From a virus (taxonomy: Duplodnaviria; Caudoviricetes), in IMG/VR virus record IMGVR_UViG_3300021090_000002, positions 1-60,008 of that record: a stretch of DNA of 60,008 nt; one strand, written 5' to 3'. Under the pieces are notes generated by a model. The model ran no database searches. It saw only the letters and a list, made by a program, of their open reading frames with translations, and had not been told where the DNA came from. Both the position numbers and the translations under genes were made by a program. This document shows positions 37,571 to 47,343 of this stretch, one piece after another. Position 1 is the stretch's first letter, and every line of letters starts with the position of its first letter.

Positions 37571-38638
37571 CTACATGATACCGGCGCAAAGCGTCTGCGG
37601 TCGCAGACACAAGGGCAGCGGATTCTGCTGCGTGTGCAATTCCACGAAGCGATTGAACCGCTGATCGGGCGCGATCTTGGCGTAGCGCGGAAGGCCCTTG
37701 GTGTTGGCCGTCTCCATGAAGTCGCCCGGCGCGAAATACTCGGCATAGAGGCCGGGGACGCCCGTCAGGAACAACACGGCTTCGTCCGGCGCAATGCCGA
37801 CCGTGCCGCCGTCCGACGCGTCGGCGTCGCCGCCGTCGTCCGTGCCCTGATAGTTCTCCCAGACGATGCCGCCGTACTCGAAGACACCGAAGGCGTAATT
37901 GCCGCCAAGGCGAACGGTCTGTTCGGCCGTCTGCAAGAACGTGCGCTTCACGTCTTCGCGCGAAATGAGTGCGTCGAAGAATGTATCACCGCAGAACGCC
38001 CAGACCTTCGCCGAACCCGGAAGCGTCATCTTCGCCTTGCGCTTGATGAAGCGCGAAACTTGCTGACACCGCACGCGAAGGTCTTCGCCGCCGGAGTCCG
38101 ACGCATCGAGTCCGAAATCGAACACTTCAGGCTCGTAAGCGGAGTCGCTGTTCTGCACTTCGAACAGCGTAAACAGATCGGTCAGAGTCGATCCGTCCGC
38201 GTCCAGAATCTTGCCGCGAAGCGCGCCGAGTCGGTGATGCTCAAGCGTCAGGTCATGACGCGCGGCCATCTTGTTCATGCGGCTGACGACGGTATTCGTG
38301 ACGGTCCGGAGTTGATCGGTCGTACCGAACTCGCGCACGCCGACGACTTCGGTTGCCTGAATGGTGTCTTCAAGCTGAATGTGCGGGATCGAAACCGAAC
38401 GCAGAGTCGCTTTGTCGGCCGTTTCCTTTGCGGACGGCGAACCGCGCGGCGAAGTCTGAATGAGCGTCAGGGCCATGCCCTTGCGTTCGATGCTGACGGT
38501 CGTAACCGCGACGCCCTCGCCGACGCCCGCAAACGCGAGCGCTCCCGCGCGACCCGGAACGTGATCGATTTCATTGATCGCGGCGGTCAGAGAAACGAGG
38601 CTGAATGCGTCGTCGTTGAAGATATCCATGTGTTCCAT
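37571..38638 (-). CDS. Major capsid protein (lambda gpE family)
   Basis: DIF..DAFS..SLT.AIN, T.EH.RLGAL.G...DADG, Q.NPLPLC.RP. Confidence 0.92.
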   Translation of the reverse strand: MEHMDIFNDDAFSLVSLTAAINEIDHVPGRAGALAFAGVGEGVAVTTVSIERKGMALTLIQTSPRGSPSAKETADKATLRSVSIPHIQLEDTIQATEVVGVREFGTTDQLRTVTNTVVSRMNKMAARHDLTLEHHRLGALRGKILDADGSTLTDLFTLFEVQNSDSAYEPEVFDFGLDASDSGGEDLRVRCQQVSRFIKRKAKMTLPGSAKVWAFCGDTFFDALISREDVKRTFLQTAEQTVRLGGNYAFGVFEYGGIVWENYQGTDDGGDADASDGGTVGIAPDEAVLFLTGVPGLYAEYFAPGDFMETANTKGLPRYAKIAPDQRFNRFVELHTQQNPLPLCLRPQTLCAGIM

Positions 38639-38731
38639 GACAGAAGCGCCTCCAAAGCGCGGATTAAATCGACTGTCATGGATTGTTCGAATCCTAGTTG
38701 ATCCGACAACGCCGGATCAACTAACGTTTCA
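38634..38731 (-). promoter_or_regulatory. Motif promoter and structured leader of capsid gene
   Basis: TGAAACGTTAGTTGA; TTGATC-N18-TAGGAT; IRs 38695-38723 and 38634-38682. Confidence 0.7.
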
Positions 38732-39112
38732 GCGCAGAACGATATTCTTGGCCGCGAGCGCGGCGATCACGGCGGCGTCTTCCGCATCCGAAGAGTCATC
38801 GTGCAGCTTCACGCTCGACGCCTTCACTTCCGCCAAACGTGCGATATACGCGAATTTCGTATCAGCCGTGAGCGTGACCGGCGACCCGCCGGGCACAATG
38901 AGAATGCCCGCGATAGCTTCATCGGACACGCCTTCCGAGTTGACTGAGCCTGTTGCGACAACGAATTCACTACCCGAGCCGTCGTCTGTAACCACTTGAC
39001 CGTCTTCGACGGTTTGGCCAGACGAAACAATGCAGCTTTCGCGTGAGAGTGTGCCCGGCGCTTCCGACAACAGGAATTCCCCGGCGTGCTTACCTTCGGT
39101 CTTGACGCTCAT
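38729..39112 (-). CDS. Head decoration protein (gpD-like)
   Basis: EG.HAGEFLLSEA...LSRE, R.AEV, L...NIVLR; before capsid gene. Confidence 0.85.
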   Translation of the reverse strand: MSVKTEGKHAGEFLLSEAPGTLSRESCIVSSGQTVEDGQVVTDDGSGSEFVVATGSVNSEGVSDEAIAGILIVPGGSPVTLTADTKFAYIARLAEVKASSVKLHDDSSDAEDAAVIAALAAKNIVLR

Positions 39113-39195
39113 GGCCTTGATCCTTCCTTGATCCGCGTTGAAATGTCATCCTTAAATGGCCTTGTCGGAAAACTGCGTACAGTTTTCGGACAAAG

Positions 39196-39220
39196 CCCGC
39201 GCCGACAAACGCGGCGCGGG
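39196..39220 (-). terminator. Hairpin after protease gene
   Basis: CCCGCGCCG-N7-CGGCGCGGG, short U run. Confidence 0.5.
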
Positions 39221-39237
39221 TGTTAGGCACGCAGCAA

Positions 39238-40242
39238 CTAGGCCGCGTACTTGCCTTTCTTGTTGAACCGATCGAAGATATCCTTCGCGTCGATTTCCTT
39301 ACCCGTGCCGCCTTCCGACGCGCCGGGTGTGTTGTGTGCGGAAATCTCGCCGGGTTTCTTTCCCTTGGCCTTCGCCGCTGCCGCCGCGTCGGCCGCATCC
39401 TGCGCCGCCTTCGCAAGCGCCTCGCGCACTTCGACCGGGGTCTTGTTGTCCGCGATGAACTTTTCGGCCGCTTCCGGCTTCCCGGCGATCAGGCAGAGCG
39501 AACGGATTTCGTTCTGCTCGGCAACAAGTTCGGCGCGAATCTGTTCAGGAGTCTTCGCCTCGATATCCTCGCCGTCGTTCTCGTTTTCGTCCTTTTGACC
39601 CTTGACCTGCTTGGTCATCTTCTGACTCCTCAATGTTCGGCCGAAGGCTTCCGGCGCGTTGTGGAATTTCGAAATGTCCAACTTGGCCGATGCCGCGAGT
39701 TGCACCGGGTCAATCACCTTGTCGGCAAAGCCGAAATCGACGGCCTCTTCCGCATCCAACCAAGTTTCCTTGTCCATCATCGCGGCGACTTCGGCACGCG
39801 GAAGTCCCGTACGCTTCACGTAAGCGTCCCGGATAATCGCGCCCATTTTCTTGAGCGCGCCCGCGAACGATTCGAGTTCGTCGGCGCGGCCAAGCATGCC
39901 GCCCCAAGGCTCATGAATCATCAACATTGCGTTTCTTGGCATTCGCACTTCGTCGCCTACCATCGCGATCACGGATGCCATGCTCGCCGCAAGGCCCATC
40001 ACCGTGACGATCTTTTGCGCGGGATGCGCCTCAAGTGAATTGAAGATCGCAATGCCGTGTGACACGTCGCCGCCGTCGCTGGAAATCAAAATGTTCAGGC
40101 GCTTCACGTCGCCGAGTCCACGCAACTCGCGATGAAAATCCCCGGCCGACACACCCCAAGCGCCAATGTCCGAATAGATGGCGATTTCAGCGGACTTGCC
40201 GTCGCGCGCCGCCCGCATCGAATACCAAGTTTGCTTTGACAT
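39238..40242 (-). CDS. ClpP-type prohead protease with scaffold C-terminus
   Basis: GLAASMASVI (Ser), LMIHEP (His), ETWLDAEEA..FGFAD. Confidence 0.92.
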   Translation of the reverse strand: MSKQTWYSMRAARDGKSAEIAIYSDIGAWGVSAGDFHRELRGLGDVKRLNILISSDGGDVSHGIAIFNSLEAHPAQKIVTVMGLAASMASVIAMVGDEVRMPRNAMLMIHEPWGGMLGRADELESFAGALKKMGAIIRDAYVKRTGLPRAEVAAMMDKETWLDAEEAVDFGFADKVIDPVQLAASAKLDISKFHNAPEAFGRTLRSQKMTKQVKGQKDENENDGEDIEAKTPEQIRAELVAEQNEIRSLCLIAGKPEAAEKFIADNKTPVEVREALAKAAQDAADAAAAAKAKGKKPGEISAHNTPGASEGGTGKEIDAKDIFDRFNKKGKYAA

Positions 40243-40258
40243 TGGGTGACACCCTTTT

Positions 40259-40340
40259 TGATTTCGTCCACCGGGGTGGACGAAATCACTCTGACGGTGG
40301 AATATCCACGGACGTATTCCCCGGATCAACTAACGATTCA
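40259..40340 (-). promoter_or_regulatory. Motif promoter inside portal 3' end plus 14-bp perfect inverted repeat
   Basis: TGAATCGTTAGTTGA; TTGATC-N17-GATATT; TGATTTCGTCCACC/GGTGGACGAAATCA. Confidence 0.7.
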
Positions 40341-41833
40341 CCGTCGTCTGCGGTATCCGGCGCGACGATGACGGACGATGAAAGCCGGATAAAGCTGATA
40401 CCGGCCGCGTCCGCGCGCTCTTGATCCTGTGCAATTCGCGCATCGTTCTCTTCCGGATCAACCCCGAGCGCTTCGACAACATCGCTTCGCGCCTTGAACC
40501 CGGCGTCAACTGCAAGCTTTTCTGCAAGCAAGTCTTTGTACGGATCGACCCAATCCCATTTGGGCGTGACCCATTTCGCCGCGCGCTCGCGCTGCGGATT
40601 CGCGACATACGCCGTCGCCGTGATCGGGAGTTTCGCCGCCAAGACCGCAAGTTCGAACCACCGAATCCAGATCGCGCGGCAGAACTGGTAAACCATGACA
40701 TGGTGTTGATGCTGTTCGATCCGGCGGCGGAATTCGACAAGGCCCGCGCGAATCGAACTGTAGTTGACTGCCTTCATATCGCCGGTCATCGAAGCGTAAG
40801 GCACACCGAAGCCAGCCGCCGCGCGCAGCAAATTGCGATACTGAAACGCTTCGTACGAAGTACCAACGTCCGCCGGTTCGGAAAACACAACGCTCTGCCC
40901 GGCATCAAGATCGACAACCGCGCCCGGCTCAAGCGTGAAATCCGATGTTCCTGCATCGGACTCGCTTGTCGCGCCGGTCAACGGATTGTCTTCCGGCTTA
41001 TCGCCGGGATTGCGCGTGACGAACGCCGCGAACAGCGCTGCTGTGCGCTTGCGCTCTAGTTCTGCATCGTCGTACAGGTCAAGCAACGCGAGCGTTACAA
41101 TACCTGCGATCGTGTGCGGGATGCCACGAATCTGCCCGGCGCGAATCGGCCTGAACAAGTGCAGCACTTCGTCGGCTGGGACGCGTACTTTCTCGCCTTT
41201 GAAAGAATCAAAAGTGAAAAGCAGTTCGCCCGGATGGCGGCGATAAAACCAATACGCCGCGCGACGGCCGATCGCGTCAAACTCGATTCCACATTCGACG
41301 CGCCCGCCGTTCGGCAACGCTTCGTTGTGATCCGTTGGCAGCATTTCCGCCGGAAGCAACTGCAACTGAATCGGAACGCTCAAGCCATCCTTGGCGAAGC
41401 GCCGACGAACCCGAACGAAGCATTCGCCCGCTTCGAACATTTCGCCCGCGACAATCGTCTGCAAGCCAAAGAAATCGGTCAACCCATCGGCGTCGGCTTC
41501 GTCCGTCCAATCGAGAAAAAGCTTCTGGATTTCTTTCTTCGTATTCTTGTCTTCGTGCAGCGATGACGGCTTGATGCCCGAACCGACAAGCGCGGACACA
41601 TACGCCTCCCGCGCCGCCATCGCATACGAATTGTTCAGCGCGAGATAGCGCGAGCGCGCAAGCAGCGATCGGCCGTACGATCGAATCAGAGTGTTGATCG
41701 CCGTCGTCGTCGTCGGTATCGAGCGCAAGCGCCGTCCGGTGCGCCCGGCCTCGAAGCCGCGCGCCGTCGCGCGTTCGCCGCGCCCGCGCGCATCCTCAAC
41801 TTTCAAGCTGTGAACAACAGACAGACTCGCCAT
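40286..41833 (-). CDS. Portal protein (lambda family)
   Basis: RSRYL..NN, GIEFD..GR..AYW, R.GQIRG.P, NYSSIRAGL.E, WVDP.KD. Confidence 0.93.
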   Translation of the reverse strand: MASLSVVHSLKVEDARGRGERATARGFEAGRTGRRLRSIPTTTTAINTLIRSYGRSLLARSRYLALNNSYAMAAREAYVSALVGSGIKPSSLHEDKNTKKEIQKLFLDWTDEADADGLTDFFGLQTIVAGEMFEAGECFVRVRRRFAKDGLSVPIQLQLLPAEMLPTDHNEALPNGGRVECGIEFDAIGRRAAYWFYRRHPGELLFTFDSFKGEKVRVPADEVLHLFRPIRAGQIRGIPHTIAGIVTLALLDLYDDAELERKRTAALFAAFVTRNPGDKPEDNPLTGATSESDAGTSDFTLEPGAVVDLDAGQSVVFSEPADVGTSYEAFQYRNLLRAAAGFGVPYASMTGDMKAVNYSSIRAGLVEFRRRIEQHQHHVMVYQFCRAIWIRWFELAVLAAKLPITATAYVANPQRERAAKWVTPKWDWVDPYKDLLAEKLAVDAGFKARSDVVEALGVDPEENDARIAQDQERADAAGISFIRLSSSVIVAPDTADDGESLVDPGNTSVDIPPSE

Positions 41834-41836
41834 CGG

Positions 41837-42058
41837 TTAGAGTCCCTTGCAAATCTGCCGGACATAACGAATCTTCGCACGGCTCTTGCCTTGGATCGTG
41901 GCTAGATCGCCTTCAAGGTCTGCAAGGATTTCGTTCATTTCCTTGAGCGATCGGAACTGAGTTTGTTCTTCACCGTGCCGAACGATAAGCACGCCGGAAT
42001 CGCGAGCCGCACGAATGGCGACGATCCGGGCTTCAAGTTCTGATTCGGATGTTGCCAC
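41837..42058 (-). CDS. Head-to-tail joining protein (gpW-like)
   Basis: A..SGV..V......FRS..EM; between terL and portal. Confidence 0.8.
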   Translation of the reverse strand: MATSESELEARIVAIRAARDSGVLIVRHGEEQTQFRSLKEMNEILADLEGDLATIQGKSRAKIRYVRQICKGL

Positions 42059-42132
42059 GGGTCCGGCCTTCCAAGAGCGGGCGATCTTCGGAACCTAGGC
42101 GAGCGGAAAGCACAACATCAACTAACGATTCA
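42059..42132 (-). promoter_or_regulatory. Motif promoter for gpW/portal
   Basis: TGAATCGTTAGTTGA; TTGATG-N18-TAGGTT. Confidence 0.65.
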
Positions 42133-44196
42133 ACTCAGGAAGTTCGAATGCCGCACGCGCGAGCGCGGCGCGATTCGCCCGGCGGGCGTCGGTGCCTTCG
42201 GTTTCGGATCGTCGCCGCCGTCGTTTGGTCTGAAACTTTCAAGGTGCGCGGCGATGTTTTCGAGATTCAGTTTCCGCACGGCGTAGAGTCCGCTCAACGC
42301 TGCGAACGCGTACACGCGCAAGTCAAGCGCTTCATTCGCCCGGCCTCTTTGCAAAACCCATTTGCGCGCTTGGACGCCGCCTTTCTTTTCAAGGATCAAC
42401 GTCTCGGATGTAAGCTGATCAAAATACGCTGGCGTTCGTCCGGCCGGGAAATGGCAATAGCCCGGCCCCGCGTCAACAATCTTCAAGCGATCATAGATCG
42501 TCTGTTTCGCAGCGTTGACTCCGATGATCACAGGACGATAGCCCGTCTGACGAAACTTGCCCGGCTCAAGTTTCGGGATGGGCCACACGGGACTCCACTG
42601 CCCGCCAGAATCGTTCGCGCCTTTGATAGCCCAAAAATTGCGGCCCATGCGAGCGCGGCAAAAATTATAGACTTCGTTCGTGTTGTGCCCGCCGGAGTCA
42701 ACACACACGCCACGGATTGCCATCCGCCCGCCGCCTTCGTACTCGAAACCGCCGAGCAAATATTCGTCTAGCTCTTTCCACACTTGCGGTTGTGACGGAT
42801 CGCCTTGGAACATCTTGTGTTCGATCGACCAAGATTCCTCGCTGCCCGGCGTCAAACCGAAGCCAACAACTTCGCATTCAAGTCGGCCGACGTTTGCGCT
42901 ACCGCCCGCTTGCACGTCAACGCCCGCCGTCAAGATCACGACGCCTTTAGGTACTTGCGCCGGATAGATTTCGCAGCGTGAGATAAGGCTATGAGTCTCA
43001 ACTTTTTTCAAAGCCTTGAGTGCGAACGGGAGTCCTAATGCTGTATTATAGAACGTCTGTTTCGTTTCCGGATCGTCCTTCGCGTCAAGCCATTTATTCG
43101 CAAGCTCAACAACACTGCTGAACGGCGAGTGAAGTTTACTACAGTGAAAACCTGCATGCTCATTCGACACGGCGCGCTCGCCGCATTGTTTGCAGCACGC
43201 GAGTCCAACTTGATTCTTAGCATCCCACTCCCAACAATCTTGTTTCATCGGCTCTTGGCGTTCGCCACAGCACACAAACGGCCGCGTCTGTTTCCACTTG
43301 AAGCCGCCTTCGGTCGTACAGATCGCAAGCCGTTCGGCTTCGGACCAAGCCGCGCCGCAACTCTCGCAATAGATAGCCGCCGTCTCCGGTTCGTGTACGC
43401 CGTCCGATGCTTTCTCCCATTCGACGTGTCGGAAGAATTCCAGCGTTTGTTCAAAACCACAATGCGGACAAGCGCAGTACGCGCGCCGCTGGTCGGACGA
43501 CAGATACGATTTGTAAATGCGGGATGTTTCTTCCCACGTCGGCGAGCAAGTACGAATGCGCAGATGATTCCATTTGAACGTCGCTGTTCGCTCTTCGCCA
43601 AGCGTGATTGGATCGCCTTCCTTCGTCGTTTCGTATTTGTCGATTTCATCCATGAGCGTGATTCGGATCGCACGCATAGCAAGGTTCGCTGGCGATCCGG
43701 CAGACGCAAGCGCGAGAAATCCGCCGGGGAATTCTTTGTAATCGAGCGTATCGGAAGAGTTGCGCGTGTTCTCGTCGCCCAACAAGTTCTTGAGAACGGG
43801 CGTCGCTCGCGTCATCGGTGCGAGTCGTTCCTTCGAGAACGATCGAACTGAATCGTCTTTCGGTTGTGTCAAGAGCATCGGGCAAGGATCAAGATGCGCT
43901 TTGTATCCGATGACGTTTTCAAGCAATGCCGTCTTCATTACCTGCGTGCAAGACATCACCGTAATGATGGATACGCCGGACTCAGTGACGGCCATCATAG
44001 GGCCGCGCGCAATCTCAACGCGCGATGTGCGCCACGGCCCGCCGATCGCCGACGACATGGAAGACAGCACGCGATATTTATCAGCCCATTGCGGAAGTGT
44101 TAGCCGGGGTTGAGGGCGAAGGCCCTGTTCGTCTTCCTCATTGAAGACGACCCATAGATTGCGGGCGCTGTCGGTTTCAAGAATCGGAGTCGTCAT
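42130..44196 (-). CDS. Terminase large subunit (lambda gpA family)
   Basis: WAD.YR.L, Q.MKT Walker A, DEID, CPHC and CESC, GVDVQ, VDSGG, RNEALD-like motif. Confidence 0.93.
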   Translation of the reverse strand: MTTPILETDSARNLWVVFNEEDEQGLRPQPRLTLPQWADKYRVLSSMSSAIGGPWRTSRVEIARGPMMAVTESGVSIITVMSCTQVMKTALLENVIGYKAHLDPCPMLLTQPKDDSVRSFSKERLAPMTRATPVLKNLLGDENTRNSSDTLDYKEFPGGFLALASAGSPANLAMRAIRITLMDEIDKYETTKEGDPITLGEERTATFKWNHLRIRTCSPTWEETSRIYKSYLSSDQRRAYCACPHCGFEQTLEFFRHVEWEKASDGVHEPETAAIYCESCGAAWSEAERLAICTTEGGFKWKQTRPFVCCGERQEPMKQDCWEWDAKNQVGLACCKQCGERAVSNEHAGFHCSKLHSPFSSVVELANKWLDAKDDPETKQTFYNTALGLPFALKALKKVETHSLISRCEIYPAQVPKGVVILTAGVDVQAGGSANVGRLECEVVGFGLTPGSEESWSIEHKMFQGDPSQPQVWKELDEYLLGGFEYEGGGRMAIRGVCVDSGGHNTNEVYNFCRARMGRNFWAIKGANDSGGQWSPVWPIPKLEPGKFRQTGYRPVIIGVNAAKQTIYDRLKIVDAGPGYCHFPAGRTPAYFDQLTSETLILEKKGGVQARKWVLQRGRANEALDLRVYAFAALSGLYAVRKLNLENIAAHLESFRPNDGGDDPKPKAPTPAGRIAPRSRVRHSNFLS

Positions 44197-44737
44197 CCTC
44201 GGACTCCCATTTGTGACCCGACAGTTCGGCAAGCGCTTCGTTGATTTCCGTCGCGATCTGTTTTTCAACTGCGGCCGGGTCTTTGAGCGCGGCGACCGCT
44301 TCGGCAACGCGGCCGGGGATCGTCAGGATTCGAGCGCGCAACCCGCCGATTTTTTCGCGGTACATCAACCGCACTTCCTCAACAGGAACCAACTCACCTT
44401 GACGCTTGCGAAGATCAAGTTCGCGAAGACTCGCTTGCGCGTCCTTGTCACGAACCTTGGCGCTATCCATTGCCGTCGCGCCTTCGTCGGCTTCGAGCAA
44501 TCCAGACTCACGACGGATAAACCAATTGATCGCGACGGCCGTATCTATCTTCGTCGCAACACCTTTGCGAAGTCCTACACTCACAACAGGCATGCCCGCG
44601 CCGATCATCTTCGTTATCGTCTTATCAGCCTTGCCGATGATCGCGGCAAAACGGGCCTTCGTCACAAGCTCCCCCAACACCGGAGTCGATTGCGCCTGTT
44701 CGTCGTCTTCGATTGCAAAAGGGTCGCGCGTTGTCAT
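44177..44737 (-). CDS. Terminase small subunit (Nu1-like)
   Basis: N-terminal wHTH (GMPV..INW), coiled coil, GELV; overlaps terL. Confidence 0.85.
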   Translation of the reverse strand: MTTRDPFAIEDDEQAQSTPVLGELVTKARFAAIIGKADKTITKMIGAGMPVVSVGLRKGVATKIDTAVAINWFIRRESGLLEADEGATAMDSAKVRDKDAQASLRELDLRKRQGELVPVEEVRLMYREKIGGLRARILTIPGRVAEAVAALKDPAAVEKQIATEINEALAELSGHKWESEDDDSDS

Positions 44738-44784
44738 GCGCCACAAATAGGCGATGCAGCCGCCCGCGCTCAACTAACGAATCG
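44738..44784 (-). promoter_or_regulatory. Motif promoter giving a probable leaderless terS mRNA
   Basis: CGATTCGTTAGTTGA; TTGAGC-N17-CTATTT-N7-ATG; no SD. Confidence 0.6.
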
Positions 44785-45078
44785 ATTCGTGGGTTAGACC
44801 CTGAGTCAAAAAATCTGAATCTATGTGGGACCGAAAAAGTTTTTCAGGAGTCGCAAATCCAATTGCCTTGGCCCGAAAAAGTTTTTCGGGGGTTAGTCCT
44901 GAAAAACTTTTTTGGTAGCTGCGAATAGTTTGCACTACCGATCTGCCCGCTTAAAAAACTTTTTCAGCCAGTACCTTTTGAGCCTGAAAAACTTTTTCAG
45001 CCTCACATTCGATCCAATCGATTAGCCCTCAGAGTTCCTGAAAAACTTTTTCAAGGAATATATGTGTTGTCTCATAAC

Positions 45079-45200
45079 GGGGGTCTATTCCCCAATAGAA
45101 AGTTGTCACCCTTAATCAATCCTATCTATATGATTAAATACTTACAAGGCCTATGAGGGATAGAGGAAGCTGACAACTTTGTATAGGCGAATAGAGCCCC
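45079..45200. repeat. 30-bp imperfect inverted repeat around AT-rich core (candidate origin or cos element)
   Basis: 45079-45108 vs 45171-45200, 26/30 match. Confidence 0.8.
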
Positions 45201-45273
45201 AAAAAGACCGGGGAGGATTATTCAATGATTTCAAGGCTATTTGAAAAAACTTTTAGTTAATTGTGTTTTTCGA

Positions 45274-45319
45274 TTGACTAAGCCTGTTTTCGAATTTAGA
45301 AACGCATTATCGAAAACAG
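45274..45319 (+). promoter_or_regulatory. Sigma70-like promoter with inverted operator half-sites
   Basis: TTGACT-N17-TAGAAA; CTGTTTTCGA...TCGAAAACAG. Confidence 0.55.
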
Positions 45320-45347
45320 ACAGTGAAAAAGTTTTTCAGGATACCCC

Positions 45348-46811
45348 ATGCCCATTCAGACAGTTCGGCTTGCCGATCTTCAGACCAATCCCTACCGCGA
45401 TCTGCGGATTGACCCTATCGATCAGGATCAGGTCGCCACACTCGCGCGCTCCATCAAGGAGTTCGATTTCTGGGGTGGTGTTGTAGCCCGCAAGCATGGT
45501 GACGTTCTACAGATAGCCGCTGGCCACCATCGCGTACACGCCGCAATGAAGGCGGGTCTTGTCACAGCACAAATCCACGTTGGCACGAATATTGACGATG
45601 CCATGATGGCTCGCCTGCTTGCGCAAGAGAACGCGACACAACGCGGCGATTCATCCTCAACAGCCGCAACAGGGTCGGTCGCAGCTGCTATCCGCTACCT
45701 TGCCCCGGTCATCATGAGGGGCGATCTGGCGAAGCTGCCGGGCAAACATTGGGATCGACAAGACGGAAAGTCGTTGCAGGCGAAATCGCCTGCAACGGTG
45801 AAGGACCGCATTGCGGATGACCTTTCCAAACTTCAACACCACATCGGTTCGGATAACGGTATGGGTTGGCAAATCATCTGCGATTTCCTTTGGGGCGTTC
45901 CCGGCTTCACCGAACGATCGACGCGCGACTATCTCGCCACGGTGAAATCATCCGGCGCATATACACGCTACATCAAGGAAGCCGCGAAGCTTGTCGGTGA
46001 AGAGCGCGCCGAACAAGAGGCGAAGGCTAAGCAGCGCGAAGACGCGGCGCGTAAAAGGCGTGAACAGGCTGAACGTGAAGAGAAAGAGGGGCATGAACGA
46101 AAACGCAAAGCCGACGCCGACGCTAAGAGAGCTAAAGAGGCATCCGATAAAAAACGCGCGGCGGACGCGCTCAAGCGCGCAAAAGAAGAAACCAAAAAAG
46201 CACAACAGAACAAACGCGCAGCAAAAGAAGATGAAGAGCGCGCGGCTAAAGAGCGCAAGCCCTCGCGCGTCGCGTCAAAAGCCGACAAGGCCGCATCTTC
46301 CATCAAACGTGTTTTTGATGACGAAGGTGTTTCGCCTTTCTTCTCCAATGGAAATCAGAAGCAGGTGTTTCGAACCATTGTCGAAGACATCGGGCTTAAG
46401 ACGCTTGCTTTGAATCGGCAAGCGCCACTTGCAAAAAAGATTGCTGATCTCGCTAAAGAGCAAGGCCGCGAGCTTTCAGGCACATTCATCCGCGAGACGA
46501 TCAGCGCGATCGTATTTGCTGAAAAGAACGCAGCCCGCCGCGCTGACAACAACGCGCGCAAGGAAGCGTTTAAACGAAATGTCGATATGCGCATGAAAGA
46601 ATACATGCATCACATCGTTCGCGATTTTCAACGCATCGCGGCCGAAGGAAAAAAGCTGACGTTGTTAATTCGGGAGAATCCCGAAGTGCCTTTCACGATA
46701 TCCGTGAGCGTGCTGGGCAATCTAAAAGAAGCTCGCGAGTTCATCGATCAAATCATTAAGGAGCATGAAGGACATGGCCAATCCACTGTCAGGCTTATCG
46801 CGTCGCGGTAG
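45348..46811 (+). CDS. ParB-like N-terminal domain protein with long charged coiled coil
   Basis: NPYR, L.RSI...F, IAAGHHR..A, EN; E/K/R/A-rich middle. Confidence 0.75.
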   Translation: MPIQTVRLADLQTNPYRDLRIDPIDQDQVATLARSIKEFDFWGGVVARKHGDVLQIAAGHHRVHAAMKAGLVTAQIHVGTNIDDAMMARLLAQENATQRGDSSSTAATGSVAAAIRYLAPVIMRGDLAKLPGKHWDRQDGKSLQAKSPATVKDRIADDLSKLQHHIGSDNGMGWQIICDFLWGVPGFTERSTRDYLATVKSSGAYTRYIKEAAKLVGEERAEQEAKAKQREDAARKRREQAEREEKEGHERKRKADADAKRAKEASDKKRAADALKRAKEETKKAQQNKRAAKEDEERAAKERKPSRVASKADKAASSIKRVFDDEGVSPFFSNGNQKQVFRTIVEDIGLKTLALNRQAPLAKKIADLAKEQGRELSGTFIRETISAIVFAEKNAARRADNNARKEAFKRNVDMRMKEYMHHIVRDFQRIAAEGKKLTLLIRENPEVPFTISVSVLGNLKEAREFIDQIIKEHEGHGQSTVRLIASR

Positions 46812-46815
46812 CATT

Positions 46816-47298
46816 ATGGTGCCTGTTGCGCATCTTCTATTCAAAAAGTTCAAGGTTGGTCAGGAAATCACACCGGATCAATTTGAAGAATTACTTGTTA
46901 AAGCAGGCCGCTCCGCATCGGAGAATCCTGCGGTCTGGCTTCATCAAGAAAAATATCAACTGAATTTACTTGGGCGGAATATTCATATCCGCACCAAGGA
47001 AGGGCTGCCCGCGTTTCAGCTTGATATTATCGTTCCCGGTCTATGGAAAATTCGATCGGTCGAAGATTCGATGATCAACAAGGATCGTATCCGGGCGTGC
47101 GGGCGCAAGACCAGCGGGCAAGCGAAAGAAGCCATGGAGCTTCTGGACAATATCGATCTGGAAAAACTCGATGAGGCCCAGATTCGTTACGTGCGCAAAG
47201 CCGAGCACGAATTAGCGGAACTCGCTTCGGATATTAATCACAGGCAAGTTCGCATGGCGCATATCCGTTCGAAGCTTGCGAGCCTTCCGGCGGCTTAG
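46816..47298 (+). CDS. Hypothetical protein
   Basis: ORF between ParB-like and primase genes. Confidence 0.6.
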   Translation: MVPVAHLLFKKFKVGQEITPDQFEELLVKAGRSASENPAVWLHQEKYQLNLLGRNIHIRTKEGLPAFQLDIIVPGLWKIRSVEDSMINKDRIRACGRKTSGQAKEAMELLDNIDLEKLDEAQIRYVRKAEHELAELASDINHRQVRMAHIRSKLASLPAA

Positions 47299-47343
47299 CG
47301 GTCCCGTCCCATCTTGCGGCAGCACAAAATAGACGTGAGTCAT

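Larger units (their letters stand above)
44833..45337. repeat. Cluster of GAAAAA(G/C)TTTTTC palindromes in the divergent intergenic region
   Basis: Exact at 44833, 44875, 44986, 45040 and 45325; variants at 44901, 44953 and 45243. Confidence 0.9.

Noticed and set aside
37634-38701. Long antisense ORFs (also 39220..40038, 42049..42771, 9..656)
   Set aside because: Shadows of well-supported genes in GC-rich DNA, with no motifs.
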